From assembly GCA_016218805.1 (NCBI GenBank), contig JACRCW010000153.1, positions 1-64,000 on the forward strand: 64,000 bases of DNA. The letters run 5' to 3'. This stretch comes from Deltaproteobacteria bacterium (GTDB taxonomy: Bacteria; Myxococcota; JACRCW01). The stretch's first letter is position 1; each line of letters opens with the position of its first letter. Below are positions 37,159 to 47,063 of this stretch, piece by piece. The position numbers and the translations under genes are program-made. The notes under the pieces are model-generated. The model had not been told where the DNA came from. It was given only the letters and a program-made list of their open reading frames with translations, and did no database searches.

Positions 37159-38907
37159 TCACGCCTCCGCGGGCGTGCCGTGGCCGTTGGCGCGGGAGGC
37201 GCGCAAGCGGGCGGTGGCCGCGGCGCCTTCAGACAGCACGCGCTCCTTGAGGAACTTCTCCACCCGCAGCGACAGCAATTCCGGGATTTCCAGCGGCGCG
37301 GTATGCGATCCCGCGGGAATGACCAGCAGCTCCGCGCCCGGGATGGCGTGGTGCATGCGGCCGGACAGGTGCGCGGGGGTGAAGGTGTCCCGTTCGCCGG
37401 CAACCACCAGCGTGGGGACATCCACGTCGGCCAGGAACGGCTCAGCCGAGTGCGCGTTGACGTTGCCCAGCAGCTTCATGAACAGGCGCGGGTCCACGCG
37501 GGCCAGGTGGGTGAAGTACGGGCGGAAGTCCTGCCGCTTCACCAGGTCCCCGTTGACCTCCACGTTGACGGCAAACTGGTAGGCCAGCTCGGTATCCAGC
37601 AGGCGGCGCCACACCCCGCGCGAAATGCGCGGTGACTTGTTGAGGGCGCGTTGCACGTAGGGAAGCGCGGCCTCCGCCAGGGCGTTGCCGTGGAAGGTGC
37701 GCAGCGGGCGCCCGTAGCTGCCGCAGATGAGCACCAGCGCGGCCACGCGCGTGGGGTGGCGCCGCCAGGTCTCCAGCGCGGCCTGCACGCCCATGCTGTG
37801 CCCAAACAGCACCGCGAACTCCACGCCCGCGTCATCCAGCACACGGACCGCGTCGTCCGCCAGGCCTTCCAGCGTGAGGCGGTGGCAATGCCCGTCATCC
37901 CACCCGGTGGGCGGTGGCGAGCGCCCGTGGCCACCGTAGTTCCAGCGGATGACGTGGTGATCAGGCCGCAGTTGCTCAACCAGGTGCTTCCACACGTACT
38001 GGTCACAACCCAGGCCGTCCATCATCATGATCGTCGGCGATCGGCGTCCCACCTCGTTGTAGAAGATCTCCACGCCATCATCGGCGCGCGCGTAGGACTC
38101 CGTGTAGTGGTCCACGGTCCGCTGCCGCGTACGCGTCTTGCGCGCCGGGCGCCCGCGCTGCTGGTGGGCCGCGCGTTGGTGCGGCACCACCACTTCGGAG
38201 ACAAACCGCCGCATGATGGCCTCACCCGTGCGCGTCTCCGTGACGGCGGCGTACACCTTGTCCGCGGCGCCGGGCCCGCGCTCCTGGTCAATAAGACGGG
38301 CGCGCATGCTGATGTAGCGGCGCAGCAGGGCCGCTCCCATCTCCGGGTGGAACTGCACGCCGTACAGGTTGCGGCCCACGCGCATGGCGGCGCAGTTCTC
38401 CTGTGCGGTGCGGGCCAGGACTTCTGCGCCCGGCGGCGGCTGCACCACGCTGTCCACGTGCGTGGCCTGCGCGCGGAAGGACGGCACCAGCGGCCCAAGC
38501 ACGGGATCGGTGGCGCCCGCGCGCGTGAGCACCACCTCCACGGTGCCAATCTCGCGGCCCGCGGGGTTCTGCTCCACGCGCCCGCCCAGCGCGTGTCCCA
38601 TGATCTGGTGCCCAAAGCACACGCCCAGCAGCGGCATGTCCACCTCGGCGCAGCGGCGCACCACGTCGCACAGCACCTCCATGAACGGTTCAAACTGCGT
38701 CACGGAAGAGGGCGACCCGGAGATCACCACGCCGTCCAGTCCGTCAAACGTCGGCGGCGGCGCCTCGCCCTTGTGCACGCGGCAGGTGCGGAGCTCCGCC
38801 ACCCCCTTGAAACCCGTGGCAAACCAGGCGTCAAAGTCGCCGTGGGTACCGACGATCTCGTCGTACGTCTGGCCGGCGGTCAGGAAGAGCAAGCGGGGAA
38901 GGGCCAT
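37159..38907 (-). CDS. fusion: class I glutamine amidotransferase + alpha/beta hydrolase
   Basis: N half: GVVISGSP, LGVCFGHQ, GVQFHPE (Cys-His-Glu). C half: GHSMG, GERD, GSH (Ser-Asp-His). One uninterrupted ORF. Confidence 0.85.
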   Translation of the reverse strand: MALPRLLFLTAGQTYDEIVGTHGDFDAWFATGFKGVAELRTCRVHKGEAPPPTFDGLDGVVISGSPSSVTQFEPFMEVLCDVVRRCAEVDMPLLGVCFGHQIMGHALGGRVEQNPAGREIGTVEVVLTRAGATDPVLGPLVPSFRAQATHVDSVVQPPPGAEVLARTAQENCAAMRVGRNLYGVQFHPEMGAALLRRYISMRARLIDQERGPGAADKVYAAVTETRTGEAIMRRFVSEVVVPHQRAAHQQRGRPARKTRTRQRTVDHYTESYARADDGVEIFYNEVGRRSPTIMMMDGLGCDQYVWKHLVEQLRPDHHVIRWNYGGHGRSPPPTGWDDGHCHRLTLEGLADDAVRVLDDAGVEFAVLFGHSMGVQAALETWRRHPTRVAALVLICGSYGRPLRTFHGNALAEAALPYVQRALNKSPRISRGVWRRLLDTELAYQFAVNVEVNGDLVKRQDFRPYFTHLARVDPRLFMKLLGNVNAHSAEPFLADVDVPTLVVAGERDTFTPAHLSGRMHHAIPGAELLVIPAGSHTAPLEIPELLSLRVEKFLKERVLSEGAAATARLRASRANGHGTPAEA

Positions 38908-38978
38908 GGGGGTGGTGTCCTCGTGGTGACGGGCGGGGGACCAGCCATAGCACCGGCAACGCGAGCCGTGCAGGGGAG

Positions 38979-39968
38979 TCAGCCGGCGGGAAACATGGCC
39001 ACCACGCTGGCCGTCCCACCGCGCGCTGCCAACACCGCGCGGCGGCGGCACGCGGGGACCACCAGTGACGCCCCCGTCTCCAGCGCGCACGCGGATTCCT
39101 CCGCGGACACGTCCACGGCACCGTCCAGCGCAAACAGCACGCCAGGAGCATCCGGCGGCAGCTCCAGCGCGGTGCGGGTCCCTGCCGCCAGTTGCCAGCG
39201 CTCCATGACAAACGCGCGGCTGCGCACCAGTTCCTCGCGCTCAACACCGTCGCCACCAGGCAGCGGGCGCGCCGCGCACCGGGGTGGCGGCTGCGGACCA
39301 AACGTGGCGACCTCCAACGCCTGGTCCACGTGCAACGCTCGCGGCCGCCCGTGCTCCAGCCGGCCATAGTCATACACGCGGAAGGTGGTGTCTGACGGTT
39401 CCTGCACCTCCAGCACCAGCAGGCCGCGGCCAATGGCGTGCACCGTCCCCGGTGGCACGTGCACCACGTCTCCCGGCGCCATGACCACCGCCCGCAGCAA
39501 CGCATCCGCGCGCTGCTCCGCAATGGACGCACGGAACGCCGCCGGGTCCACGCCGTCCGTGAACCCGTGGAGGATGCGCGCGCCCTGGTCCGCCTCCACC
39601 ATCAGCCACGCCTCGTCTTTAGAGAACGTACCCGGGTGCGCGGCGGCCCACGCCGCGTCCGGGTGCACCTGCACGGACAGGTCGTCGGACGCATCAATGA
39701 GTTTGACCAGCAGCGGGAAGCGCCGGTCCACGTGGAAGCGCCCGCGCAGGTTCTCCCCGTCGGCACGGCCAATCTCCGCCAGCGTGCGCCCGGCCAGCGG
39801 CCCCTCCGCCACCGTGCTGGAGCCCTCCGGGAGATCCGCCACCTCCCAGGCTTCACCCACCTTGGTGGGAGGCGGCGGGTGGGCGCGCTTGCCGGGCAGC
39901 GCGGCAATGCGGGCGCCCCCCCAGATCTTTTCCAGGTAGCGCGGGCGCATCGGCAGCAGCGGCAACAT
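38979..39968 (-). CDS. manA: type I mannose-6-phosphate isomerase
   Basis: EKIWGG, GEAWE, FPLLVKLIDASDDLSVQVHP, KDEAW, GTVHAIG, EVQEPSDTTFRVYDY. Confidence 0.9.
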   Translation of the reverse strand: MLPLLPMRPRYLEKIWGGARIAALPGKRAHPPPPTKVGEAWEVADLPEGSSTVAEGPLAGRTLAEIGRADGENLRGRFHVDRRFPLLVKLIDASDDLSVQVHPDAAWAAAHPGTFSKDEAWLMVEADQGARILHGFTDGVDPAAFRASIAEQRADALLRAVVMAPGDVVHVPPGTVHAIGRGLLVLEVQEPSDTTFRVYDYGRLEHGRPRALHVDQALEVATFGPQPPPRCAARPLPGGDGVEREELVRSRAFVMERWQLAAGTRTALELPPDAPGVLFALDGAVDVSAEESACALETGASLVVPACRRRAVLAARGGTASVVAMFPAG

Positions 39969-40145
39969 GCCACCCGCTTACCGTCCGCCCGAACGACGCG
40001 GCAAGAGCCCCGCCGTGACGGCAGCGCGCGATCCCGCAAACTCTGCCCAGACCTTCCCGCGCGCGCACACCGTGCGTTGCCACGACGCAGGAATCGTCGT
40101 GAACCCGCGTCGTGAGACGGCACGCCGCAAGCACACGGAAGGGAC

Positions 40146-41147
40146 ATGCGGTCCGGCACGGTGCTCGCGGCGGTGGTGGCGCTCCTGGTGGGCGGGGCGG
40201 CCCCGGTGCTGGTGAAGCTGGGGACGGTGGCGCCGGACGGGTCACCCTGGCAGCAGCTGCTGCGTGAGATGGACCAGGAATGGCAGCGTATCTCCGGCGG
40301 TGCCGTCACGTTGCGCGTGTACCCCGGTGGCGTGCTGGGCGACGAGACGGACCTGGTGAAGAAGCTGCGCATTGGGCAGCTGCACGCAGTGGCGCTTTCC
40401 GGCGCGGGCATGGAGCACCTGGAGCCCGCGGTGACGTGCCTGCAGCTGCCGCTGATTTTTGACACGTATGAGGAGCTGGACCACGTGCGGGACCGGCTGG
40501 CGCCGATGCTGGAGCAGAGCATGGCGGCCAAGGGTTACGTGGTGTTGAACTGGAGCGACGCGGGCTGGGTGATGTTCTTCCTCAAGACGCCGGCGGCGCG
40601 GCCGGCGGACATCCGCAAGATGAAGCTGTTCACGTCCGCCTCAGACAGCCGCACGCTGGAACTGTACAAGGCGGCCGGATTCCGTCCCGTGCCGCTCAGC
40701 GTGACGGACATGCAGAGCGCGCTGCAGACGGGGATGATTGACGCGTTTGACGTGCCGCCGCTGCTGGCGCTGCTCAACCAGTGGTTCCCGTCCGCGCCCA
40801 ACATGGTGGACGTGAAGTGGGCGCCGCTTGTGGGGGCCACGGTCATTGGCAAGAAGACGTGGGAGCGCATCCCCGCGGAGCTGCGGCCGGCGCTGGCGCG
40901 CAGCGCGGCGGAACTGGGCGTGCGCTACCGCGCGCGCATCCGCCAGATGAGTGACGAAGCGGTGACCGCGATGGAAAAGCGCGGCATGCGCATCATCCAC
41001 ACCACCGAGGAGGACCGCGCCGCGTGGCGCACCGAGGCGGAGAACGCGTGGCCCAAGCTGCGCGGGAGCGTGTGCCCGGAGGCGATGTTTGACGAGGTGG
41101 TGCGCCTGCGCGGCGAGTACCGCGCCGCACACGGGGGCGCGCCGTGA
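40146..41147 (+). CDS. dctP: TRAP transporter substrate-binding protein
   Basis: Signal peptide; KLGTVAPDGSPW; YPGGVLGDE; SALQTGMIDA. Confidence 0.9.
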   Translation: MRSGTVLAAVVALLVGGAAPVLVKLGTVAPDGSPWQQLLREMDQEWQRISGGAVTLRVYPGGVLGDETDLVKKLRIGQLHAVALSGAGMEHLEPAVTCLQLPLIFDTYEELDHVRDRLAPMLEQSMAAKGYVVLNWSDAGWVMFFLKTPAARPADIRKMKLFTSASDSRTLELYKAAGFRPVPLSVTDMQSALQTGMIDAFDVPPLLALLNQWFPSAPNMVDVKWAPLVGATVIGKKTWERIPAELRPALARSAAELGVRYRARIRQMSDEAVTAMEKRGMRIIHTTEEDRAAWRTEAENAWPKLRGSVCPEAMFDEVVRLRGEYRAAHGGAP

Positions 41148-42970
41148 CGGCCGCGCCCCCGGTTGTCGGCCGCGGGGTGCTCAGGCGGGCGGAGGACATC
41201 CTCGCAAGTGCGTTGCTGGTCGCCATGGCGGTGCTGCCCATCATTGAGATGGCGGCGCGGCGGCTGCGCCACGAGGGCATCCCGGGCACGCCCCTGCTGG
41301 TGCAACACCTGACGCTGTGCATTGCGTTTGTGGGCGCGGGGCTGGCCGCGCGTGAGGACCGCCTGCTGGCGCTGGGCACGGCGACCTACCTGTCCGCGGC
41401 CTGGCGGGCGCGGCTGGCGCGCGTCACCTCGTCCGCGGCGGCGCTGGTGTGCACGGTGATGGCGCTGGCCGGCGTGGACCTGGTGCGGGCGGAACAGGCG
41501 GGCGTGGAGCCGGTGGCGCTGGGCATCCCGGCGTGGGGGTTTGTGTGCGTGATGCCGGTGTTCCTGGTGGTGGTGGCGTGGCGCGTGGTGCGGCGCGCGG
41601 GGCCCACCTGGGCGTGGCGCGCGGGGCTGCTGGTCCCCTCACTGGTGGCAGCGGTGGCCTGGTGGCTGGTGCCGGAAGTGGCCGTGGAGACGGTGCGCGC
41701 GCACTTCCCGGCGGGCCTGCTGGCGCTGGGCGTGGTGTTCCTGGCCCTGGCGGGGCTGCCCATGTTCACCGCGCTGGGCGGGCTGGCACTGCTGTTCTTC
41801 TTCCGGGATGGCACGCCGCTGGCCGCGGTTCCCGTGGAGACCTACCGCCTGACCGCCTCGCCCGTGTTCCCGGCCATCCCGCTGTTCACCCTGGCGGGGT
41901 ACCTGCTGTCCGCCGGCAGCGCGTCCGAACGCCTGGTGCGCCTGTTCCGCGCGTGCCTGGGCTGGTTGCCCGGCGGGCCGGCCATTGCCACCACGCTCAC
42001 CTTTGCATTCTTTACCTGTTTCACGGGCGCTTCCGGCGTCACCATCCTGTCCCTGGGCGGGCTGCTGATGCCGGTGCTGCTCAAGATGCGCTACCCGGAG
42101 CGCTTCACGCTGGGCCTGCTGACCACCTCCGGGTCCATTGGCCTGCTGTTCCCGCCCAGCCTGCCGGTGATCCTGTACGGCGTGGCGGCGCAGGTGCCCA
42201 TGGACAAGCTGTTCCTGGCGGGGATCATCCCCGGCGCGCTGCTGGTGGCGGGCGTGGCGGGCTACGGCGCCTGGGTGGGCGTGCATGAGGACACGCTGCG
42301 CGAGAAGTTTGATGTGCGCGAAGCGCTGGCGGCGTTGTGGGGCGCGCGCTCGGAACTGCTCATCCCCGTTGTGGTGCTGGGCGGAATCTTTGGGGGCTTT
42401 GCCACGCTGGTGGAGTCCGCCGCGCTGACGGTGGCGGGCGTGCTGTTTGTGGAGCTGGCGCTGCACCGGGACCCGGTGTTCCACCGCAACTTCCGCGGCG
42501 CCATGGTGGAGTGCGGCACCCTGGTGGGCGGCGTGCTGATGATCCTGGGCGTTGCCATGGGGTTCACCAACTACCTGCTGGACGCCCAGGTCCCCATGAC
42601 GGCGCTGCGCTGGGTGCAGGCACACGTGGAGACGCGCGCGGGCTTCCTGCTGGCGGTGAACCTGCTGCTGGTCCTCGTCGGCGCGGCCATGGATATCTAC
42701 TCCGGCATCCTGGTGGTGGTGCCGCTCATTGCGCCCATGGCGGTGGCCTTTGGCGTGGACCCCGTGCACCTGGGCGTGGTGTTCCTCACCAACCTGGAGC
42801 TGGGCTACCTGCTGCCGCCCGTGGGCGAAAACCTGTTCCTGTCCAGCTACCGCTTCGGCAAGCCCATCTCAGAAGTGTTCCGCGCGACCATGCCCTTCGT
42901 CCTGGTGATCACCGTCGTGGTGCTGCTGGTCACGTACGTGCCCGCGCTGACGTGGCTGGGTACCCGGTGA
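41144..42970 (+). CDS. dctM: TRAP transporter fused small/large permease (DctQ-DctM)
   Basis: N-terminal DctQ-like TM helices, then AIPLFTLAG, FTGASGVTI, GSIGLLFPPSLP, PPVG.NLF. Confidence 0.9.
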   Translation: MTAAPPVVGRGVLRRAEDILASALLVAMAVLPIIEMAARRLRHEGIPGTPLLVQHLTLCIAFVGAGLAAREDRLLALGTATYLSAAWRARLARVTSSAAALVCTVMALAGVDLVRAEQAGVEPVALGIPAWGFVCVMPVFLVVVAWRVVRRAGPTWAWRAGLLVPSLVAAVAWWLVPEVAVETVRAHFPAGLLALGVVFLALAGLPMFTALGGLALLFFFRDGTPLAAVPVETYRLTASPVFPAIPLFTLAGYLLSAGSASERLVRLFRACLGWLPGGPAIATTLTFAFFTCFTGASGVTILSLGGLLMPVLLKMRYPERFTLGLLTTSGSIGLLFPPSLPVILYGVAAQVPMDKLFLAGIIPGALLVAGVAGYGAWVGVHEDTLREKFDVREALAALWGARSELLIPVVVLGGIFGGFATLVESAALTVAGVLFVELALHRDPVFHRNFRGAMVECGTLVGGVLMILGVAMGFTNYLLDAQVPMTALRWVQAHVETRAGFLLAVNLLLVLVGAAMDIYSGILVVVPLIAPMAVAFGVDPVHLGVVFLTNLELGYLLPPVGENLFLSSYRFGKPISEVFRATMPFVLVITVVVLLVTYVPALTWLGTR

Positions 42971-43047
42971 CGCGCTGCTGCACGCGCGTGCAGTGAGCGC
43001 GCGGCGCTTTGCGCACCGCGCACCACGGATGGCAAGGTGGCGCGGTC

Positions 43048-45363
43048 ATGACCACGCAGTCGGCAGCGCCTCCCGGCCCTGAATCCGGGACCCTCTTCGG
43101 TCGCTACCAGCTCCTGCGCCGGCTCGCGGTGGGGGGCATGGCCGAGGTGTTCGTCGCGCGCAGCGCGTCGCTGGGCGGGGTGAACCGCACCTGCGTCATC
43201 AAGCGCATCCTTCCCGAGTACAGCCAGAACCGCACGTTCGTGAGCATGTTCATCGACGAGGCGCGCATCCTCATCGGCCTCAACCACGTCAACGTGGTGC
43301 GGCTGTATGACTTTGGGCAGGTGGACGGCAGCTACTTCATGGCGCTGGAGTACGTGAGCGGCTGCAACCTGGTGGCCATCCTGCAGCAGATCTTTTCGGC
43401 GCAGGCGTCCATGGACCCCATGGCGGCGGCGTTTGTGGGCCGCGAAGTGGGCCGCGGCCTGCACCACGCGCACGTGCAACAGGACGCGCAGGGCAACGCG
43501 CTGGGCATTGTCCACCGCGACGTGAGCCCCCACAACGTGCTGGTGAGCCTGGAAGGCCACATCAAGGTGGCGGACTTTGGCATTGCGCAGGCGCGCAACA
43601 AGATGACGCTGACCACGCCGGGCACGGTGATGGGCAAGTTTGCGTACATGGCCCCGGAGCAGGCCACCGGGGCGCGGGTGGACGCGCGCGCGGACGTGTT
43701 CTCCCTGGGCGTGCTGCTGCATGAAGCGCTGGCCGGCGCGCGCCTGTTCAGCGCGCCCACGCCGGCGGAGACGCTGGTGAAGCTGGTCAACTGGGAGCCG
43801 CCGCCGCCGTCACGCACGCGGCCGCAGGTGCCGGCGGACCTGGACGCCGTGGTCATGCGCGCGCTGCAGAAGCAGCCGGTGAAGCGCTTCCAGACAGCGG
43901 ACGAACTGGCCGTGGCGCTGGACGGCCTGCTGCAGGCCGCCGGCTATGACGACGACAGCTTCCGGCGGTTCCTGCGCGACCAGGACGCGGCGCGGCTGGC
44001 CGGGCCCGAGGCCGTGCCGCAGGCGCCGGCCAAGGGCGCGCGCGGCAACACGCAGAAGATGTTCCTCATTGGCGGGGGCGCGCGCCGCACCACGGAGCCG
44101 TCCGTCCCGCAGCGCCCGCAGCCGCCCCCGCAGGTCACGCCGGTGCTGGAGGCGGACCGCGTGGCGCTGCAACTGTCGGACGCGTTCAAGCGCGAGCCGA
44201 ACCTGTGGACGCTGTGCGCGTTGGGTGCGCGCCACAAGGAGCAGGCGCGCGCGTCCCTGGCCGCCAGCGCCTTCCGCTCGGCCGCCGGCGCGTTTGCCTG
44301 GCGCCACCTGCTCATCCAGGCGCTGGTGGCGCATGACCGCGCGGGCCCGCTCATCAGCGAGACGGCGTGGGAGAGTGACATCCAGGAGCTGAGCCGCCTG
44401 TCCCTGGCCGACCACGCCGGACTCGCGCGCTACATGCACCAGGTGGACCAGGGCGGGTTCTTCCGCATGCTGATGGAGGCGGACCCCGGGACGTTTGGCG
44501 CGGACCAGGAGAAGACCTCACATCACCGCGTCATTCCCATGTATGGCAGCGTGTCCCCGGAGAACCTGGTGCACCTGATGCGCTGCACCCGCGTGCGGCA
44601 CTACGCGCCGGGCACCGCCATTGTCCGTGAGGGTGACGTGGGGGACACCCTGTACGCGCTGGGCGAGGGCCGCGTGGTGGTGTGGTGCAAGCCGCCTGAA
44701 GGCACCCAGGTGGAGGGCGGCCGCGTGTACCTCTCCAGCCTCGCTGAGGGGGACTTCTTTGGCGAGTTTGGCTTCCTGGCCGGCGAGCCGCGCAGCGCCA
44801 GCGTGGAGGCCGTGCTGGATACCTGGGTGCTGGAGGTGGACCGCAAGGACGTGCGCCACCTCATCAACCAGCACCCGGAGATGTCCGGCCCGCTGATGGA
44901 CTTCTACAAGGCGCGCGTTGTTGAGCTGCTGATGGCCAAGAACGCGGTGTTTGCGCGGTTGCCCCCGGCGGAGCGGCGCCTGCTGCTGTCCCGCGCGGAG
45001 CTGCAGGCGTTTGCGGACAATGAGCTCATCATCAAGGAGGGGGACGACGGCGACGCGTTCTTCTTCATCAAGCAGGGCGAGGTGGAGGTGTTCACCGAGC
45101 GCGACGGCATCCCGATCTTCATCAACAAGCTGCGCGAGGGCGAGTTCTTCGGCGAGATCGCCGTCATCTGGGGCAGCAAGCGCACCGCGTCGGTCCGCGC
45201 CATGAGCGACGTGGAGGTGCTGCGCATTGGCCGCGAGGCGCTGGAAGAGGTGCTGCGCATGCGGCCGGATTTGCGCCACGCGCTGGAGCGCGCCATGGAC
45301 GCGCGCGTTGTTGAGGCGCAGGAGCAGGTGCGCAGTGCGCAGGAACTGCTCGGGTTGCTGTGA
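43048..45363 (+). CDS. Ser/Thr protein kinase with two C-terminal cyclic-nucleotide-binding domains
   Basis: LAVGGMAEVF, HRDVSPHN, DFG, YMAPE; cNMP cassettes FGEFGFLAGEPRSASV and FGEIAVIWGSKRTASV; no TM helix seen. Confidence 0.92.
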   Translation: MTTQSAAPPGPESGTLFGRYQLLRRLAVGGMAEVFVARSASLGGVNRTCVIKRILPEYSQNRTFVSMFIDEARILIGLNHVNVVRLYDFGQVDGSYFMALEYVSGCNLVAILQQIFSAQASMDPMAAAFVGREVGRGLHHAHVQQDAQGNALGIVHRDVSPHNVLVSLEGHIKVADFGIAQARNKMTLTTPGTVMGKFAYMAPEQATGARVDARADVFSLGVLLHEALAGARLFSAPTPAETLVKLVNWEPPPPSRTRPQVPADLDAVVMRALQKQPVKRFQTADELAVALDGLLQAAGYDDDSFRRFLRDQDAARLAGPEAVPQAPAKGARGNTQKMFLIGGGARRTTEPSVPQRPQPPPQVTPVLEADRVALQLSDAFKREPNLWTLCALGARHKEQARASLAASAFRSAAGAFAWRHLLIQALVAHDRAGPLISETAWESDIQELSRLSLADHAGLARYMHQVDQGGFFRMLMEADPGTFGADQEKTSHHRVIPMYGSVSPENLVHLMRCTRVRHYAPGTAIVREGDVGDTLYALGEGRVVVWCKPPEGTQVEGGRVYLSSLAEGDFFGEFGFLAGEPRSASVEAVLDTWVLEVDRKDVRHLINQHPEMSGPLMDFYKARVVELLMAKNAVFARLPPAERRLLLSRAELQAFADNELIIKEGDDGDAFFFIKQGEVEVFTERDGIPIFINKLREGEFFGEIAVIWGSKRTASVRAMSDVEVLRIGREALEEVLRMRPDLRHALERAMDARVVEAQEQVRSAQELLGLL

Positions 45364-45824
45364 TGGGACGCGTCCGTTTCCTCGCCGTCACGGCCCCGCT
45401 GGCCGTCCTGGCCCTGGTGCAGTGCCGCACCGGCGCACCGCGGGCCCCGGCAGACCTGCCGCCGCTGCGGCCGCCCGCGGAGACCACCTACTGCACGGAC
45501 GTGGGCCAGCCGCTGCCGCCCCGCACCGCAGCCCAGGTGTCGGACGAGGCGATCCGCGGCGTGTTCAAGACCCGGGAGAAGGACCTCAACAGCTGTTACA
45601 AGGAGCGCGTGAAGCGCGGCTACTCCATCGAGGGATTCGTGGGGTTGCGCTTTGTGATCAACTCCAAGGGCTTTGCGCAGGACCTGTGCCTGGTGGAGGA
45701 CGGCACGGGTGACGCCGAGTTCATTGACTGCATGTTTGGCGAGCTGGGGACCTGGCAGTTCCCGCAGGCGGCGGAACCCACCGAGGTCCGCCGGCGCTTC
45801 CAGTTCCGGCTCGAGGACCCCTGA
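45360..45824 (+). CDS. AgmX/PglI C-terminal (TonB-C-like) domain lipoprotein
   Basis: Hydrophobic N-terminus with Cys; IRGVF..LNSCY..GFVGLRFVINSKG..C..WQFP..FQF. Confidence 0.72.
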   Translation: MMGRVRFLAVTAPLAVLALVQCRTGAPRAPADLPPLRPPAETTYCTDVGQPLPPRTAAQVSDEAIRGVFKTREKDLNSCYKERVKRGYSIEGFVGLRFVINSKGFAQDLCLVEDGTGDAEFIDCMFGELGTWQFPQAAEPTEVRRRFQFRLEDP

Positions 45825-45829
45825 GCACC

Positions 45830-46894
45830 ATGGAACTCACTGAACTCTTCGACAACCTGCGCGCCTCGCACACCGGCCGCTGGGTGCTGGCCCTGGGCGT
45901 GTTCCTGCTGGGTTCCACCTTCCTGGTGCTGCTGCGGCGCGCACTGTGGAGCCGCCTGTCGTCGTGGGCGCGCGCCACCGCCTTCCACTGGGATGACATG
46001 ATCCTGGAGGCCGCGCGCGGCCCGTCCGCGCTCGTGCTCGTCACGCTCGCCGCCGCCATTGCACTGCAGGTTGCGCCCCCCGGCGCCGCGGCGCACCCGT
46101 TTGCGCGGTACGGGATGCGGCTGGTGTTGGTGTTTGCGGCGCTGTGGATGTTGGAACGCAGCGTATCCCGCGGCCTGGAGGCGGGCTCACGCACCGGCAC
46201 GCTGTCGGAGAGCACGCGCCGCCTGGTGCTCACGGTGCTGCGCGTCATCGTGCTGATGCTCGGGACGCTCATCGTCCTGGATACCGTGGGCGTCTCCATC
46301 ACGCCGCTTCTCGCCTCGCTCGGCGTCGGGTCCATCGCGGTCGCCCTGGCGCTGCAGGAACCGCTGGCCAACTTCTTTGCCGGGCTGCACCTGCTGCTGG
46401 ACCGGCCGGTGCGCATCGGTGACTGGGTGAAGCTCGAAGACGGGACGGAGGGCGTCGTCACCGCCATCGGCTGGCGCAGCACGCACGTCAAGACGCTGTC
46501 GGACAATGTCATGGTGATTCCCAATGCCCGCTTCGCGCAGGGACGCGTGGTCAACTACGACCTGCCTACCCAGGAGATGAGCTTCACCATTGAGCTGGGG
46601 GTGGGGTACGACAGCGACCTGGAGCGCGTGGAGTCCGTGGCCCTGGAAGAGACGCGCCGGGTGCTGGCGGCGTCAACGTGCTCAGTGCCCGGGGCGGACC
46701 CGGTGCTGCTGTTCCGTGCGTTTGGAGCCTCCGCCATGGAGTTCATTCTGGTGGTCCGCGCGCGGCGCTACGTAGAGGTGGCCCCGCTGCGGCACGCCCT
46801 GGTGAAGGCGCTGCACGCACGCTTCCGGCAGGAGAAGATCACCATCCCCTACCCGCAACGCGTGGTGCACATGGCGGGTGGCCGGCCGGGGTGA
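45830..46894 (+). CDS. mscS: small-conductance mechanosensitive channel (MscS family)
   Basis: LLASLGVGSIAVALALQEPLANFFAG, PVRIGDWV, IGWRST, IPYPQR. Confidence 0.93.
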   Translation: MELTELFDNLRASHTGRWVLALGVFLLGSTFLVLLRRALWSRLSSWARATAFHWDDMILEAARGPSALVLVTLAAAIALQVAPPGAAAHPFARYGMRLVLVFAALWMLERSVSRGLEAGSRTGTLSESTRRLVLTVLRVIVLMLGTLIVLDTVGVSITPLLASLGVGSIAVALALQEPLANFFAGLHLLLDRPVRIGDWVKLEDGTEGVVTAIGWRSTHVKTLSDNVMVIPNARFAQGRVVNYDLPTQEMSFTIELGVGYDSDLERVESVALEETRRVLAASTCSVPGADPVLLFRAFGASAMEFILVVRARRYVEVAPLRHALVKALHARFRQEKITIPYPQRVVHMAGGRPG

Positions 46895-47063
46895 CCGTGA
46901 CCTGGCGGATGGCATGGCACCCATGGACGCCACGGGCGCGGCGCTGGCATGCGCGTAAAAACTGCAAACAGCGCTCCCGCGGCCGCATGCCTGCGCTGCC
47001 GTCCACGTCGTGAAACCGCCGTGCCACCTTGCTGGTCCAGGTGCGGGGGCGTACACGGGGGGG

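Noticed and set aside
46905..46970. sigma54 promoter at the TGGCAC/TGGCAT sites upstream of the activator
   Set aside because: No GC at the required -12 spacing.
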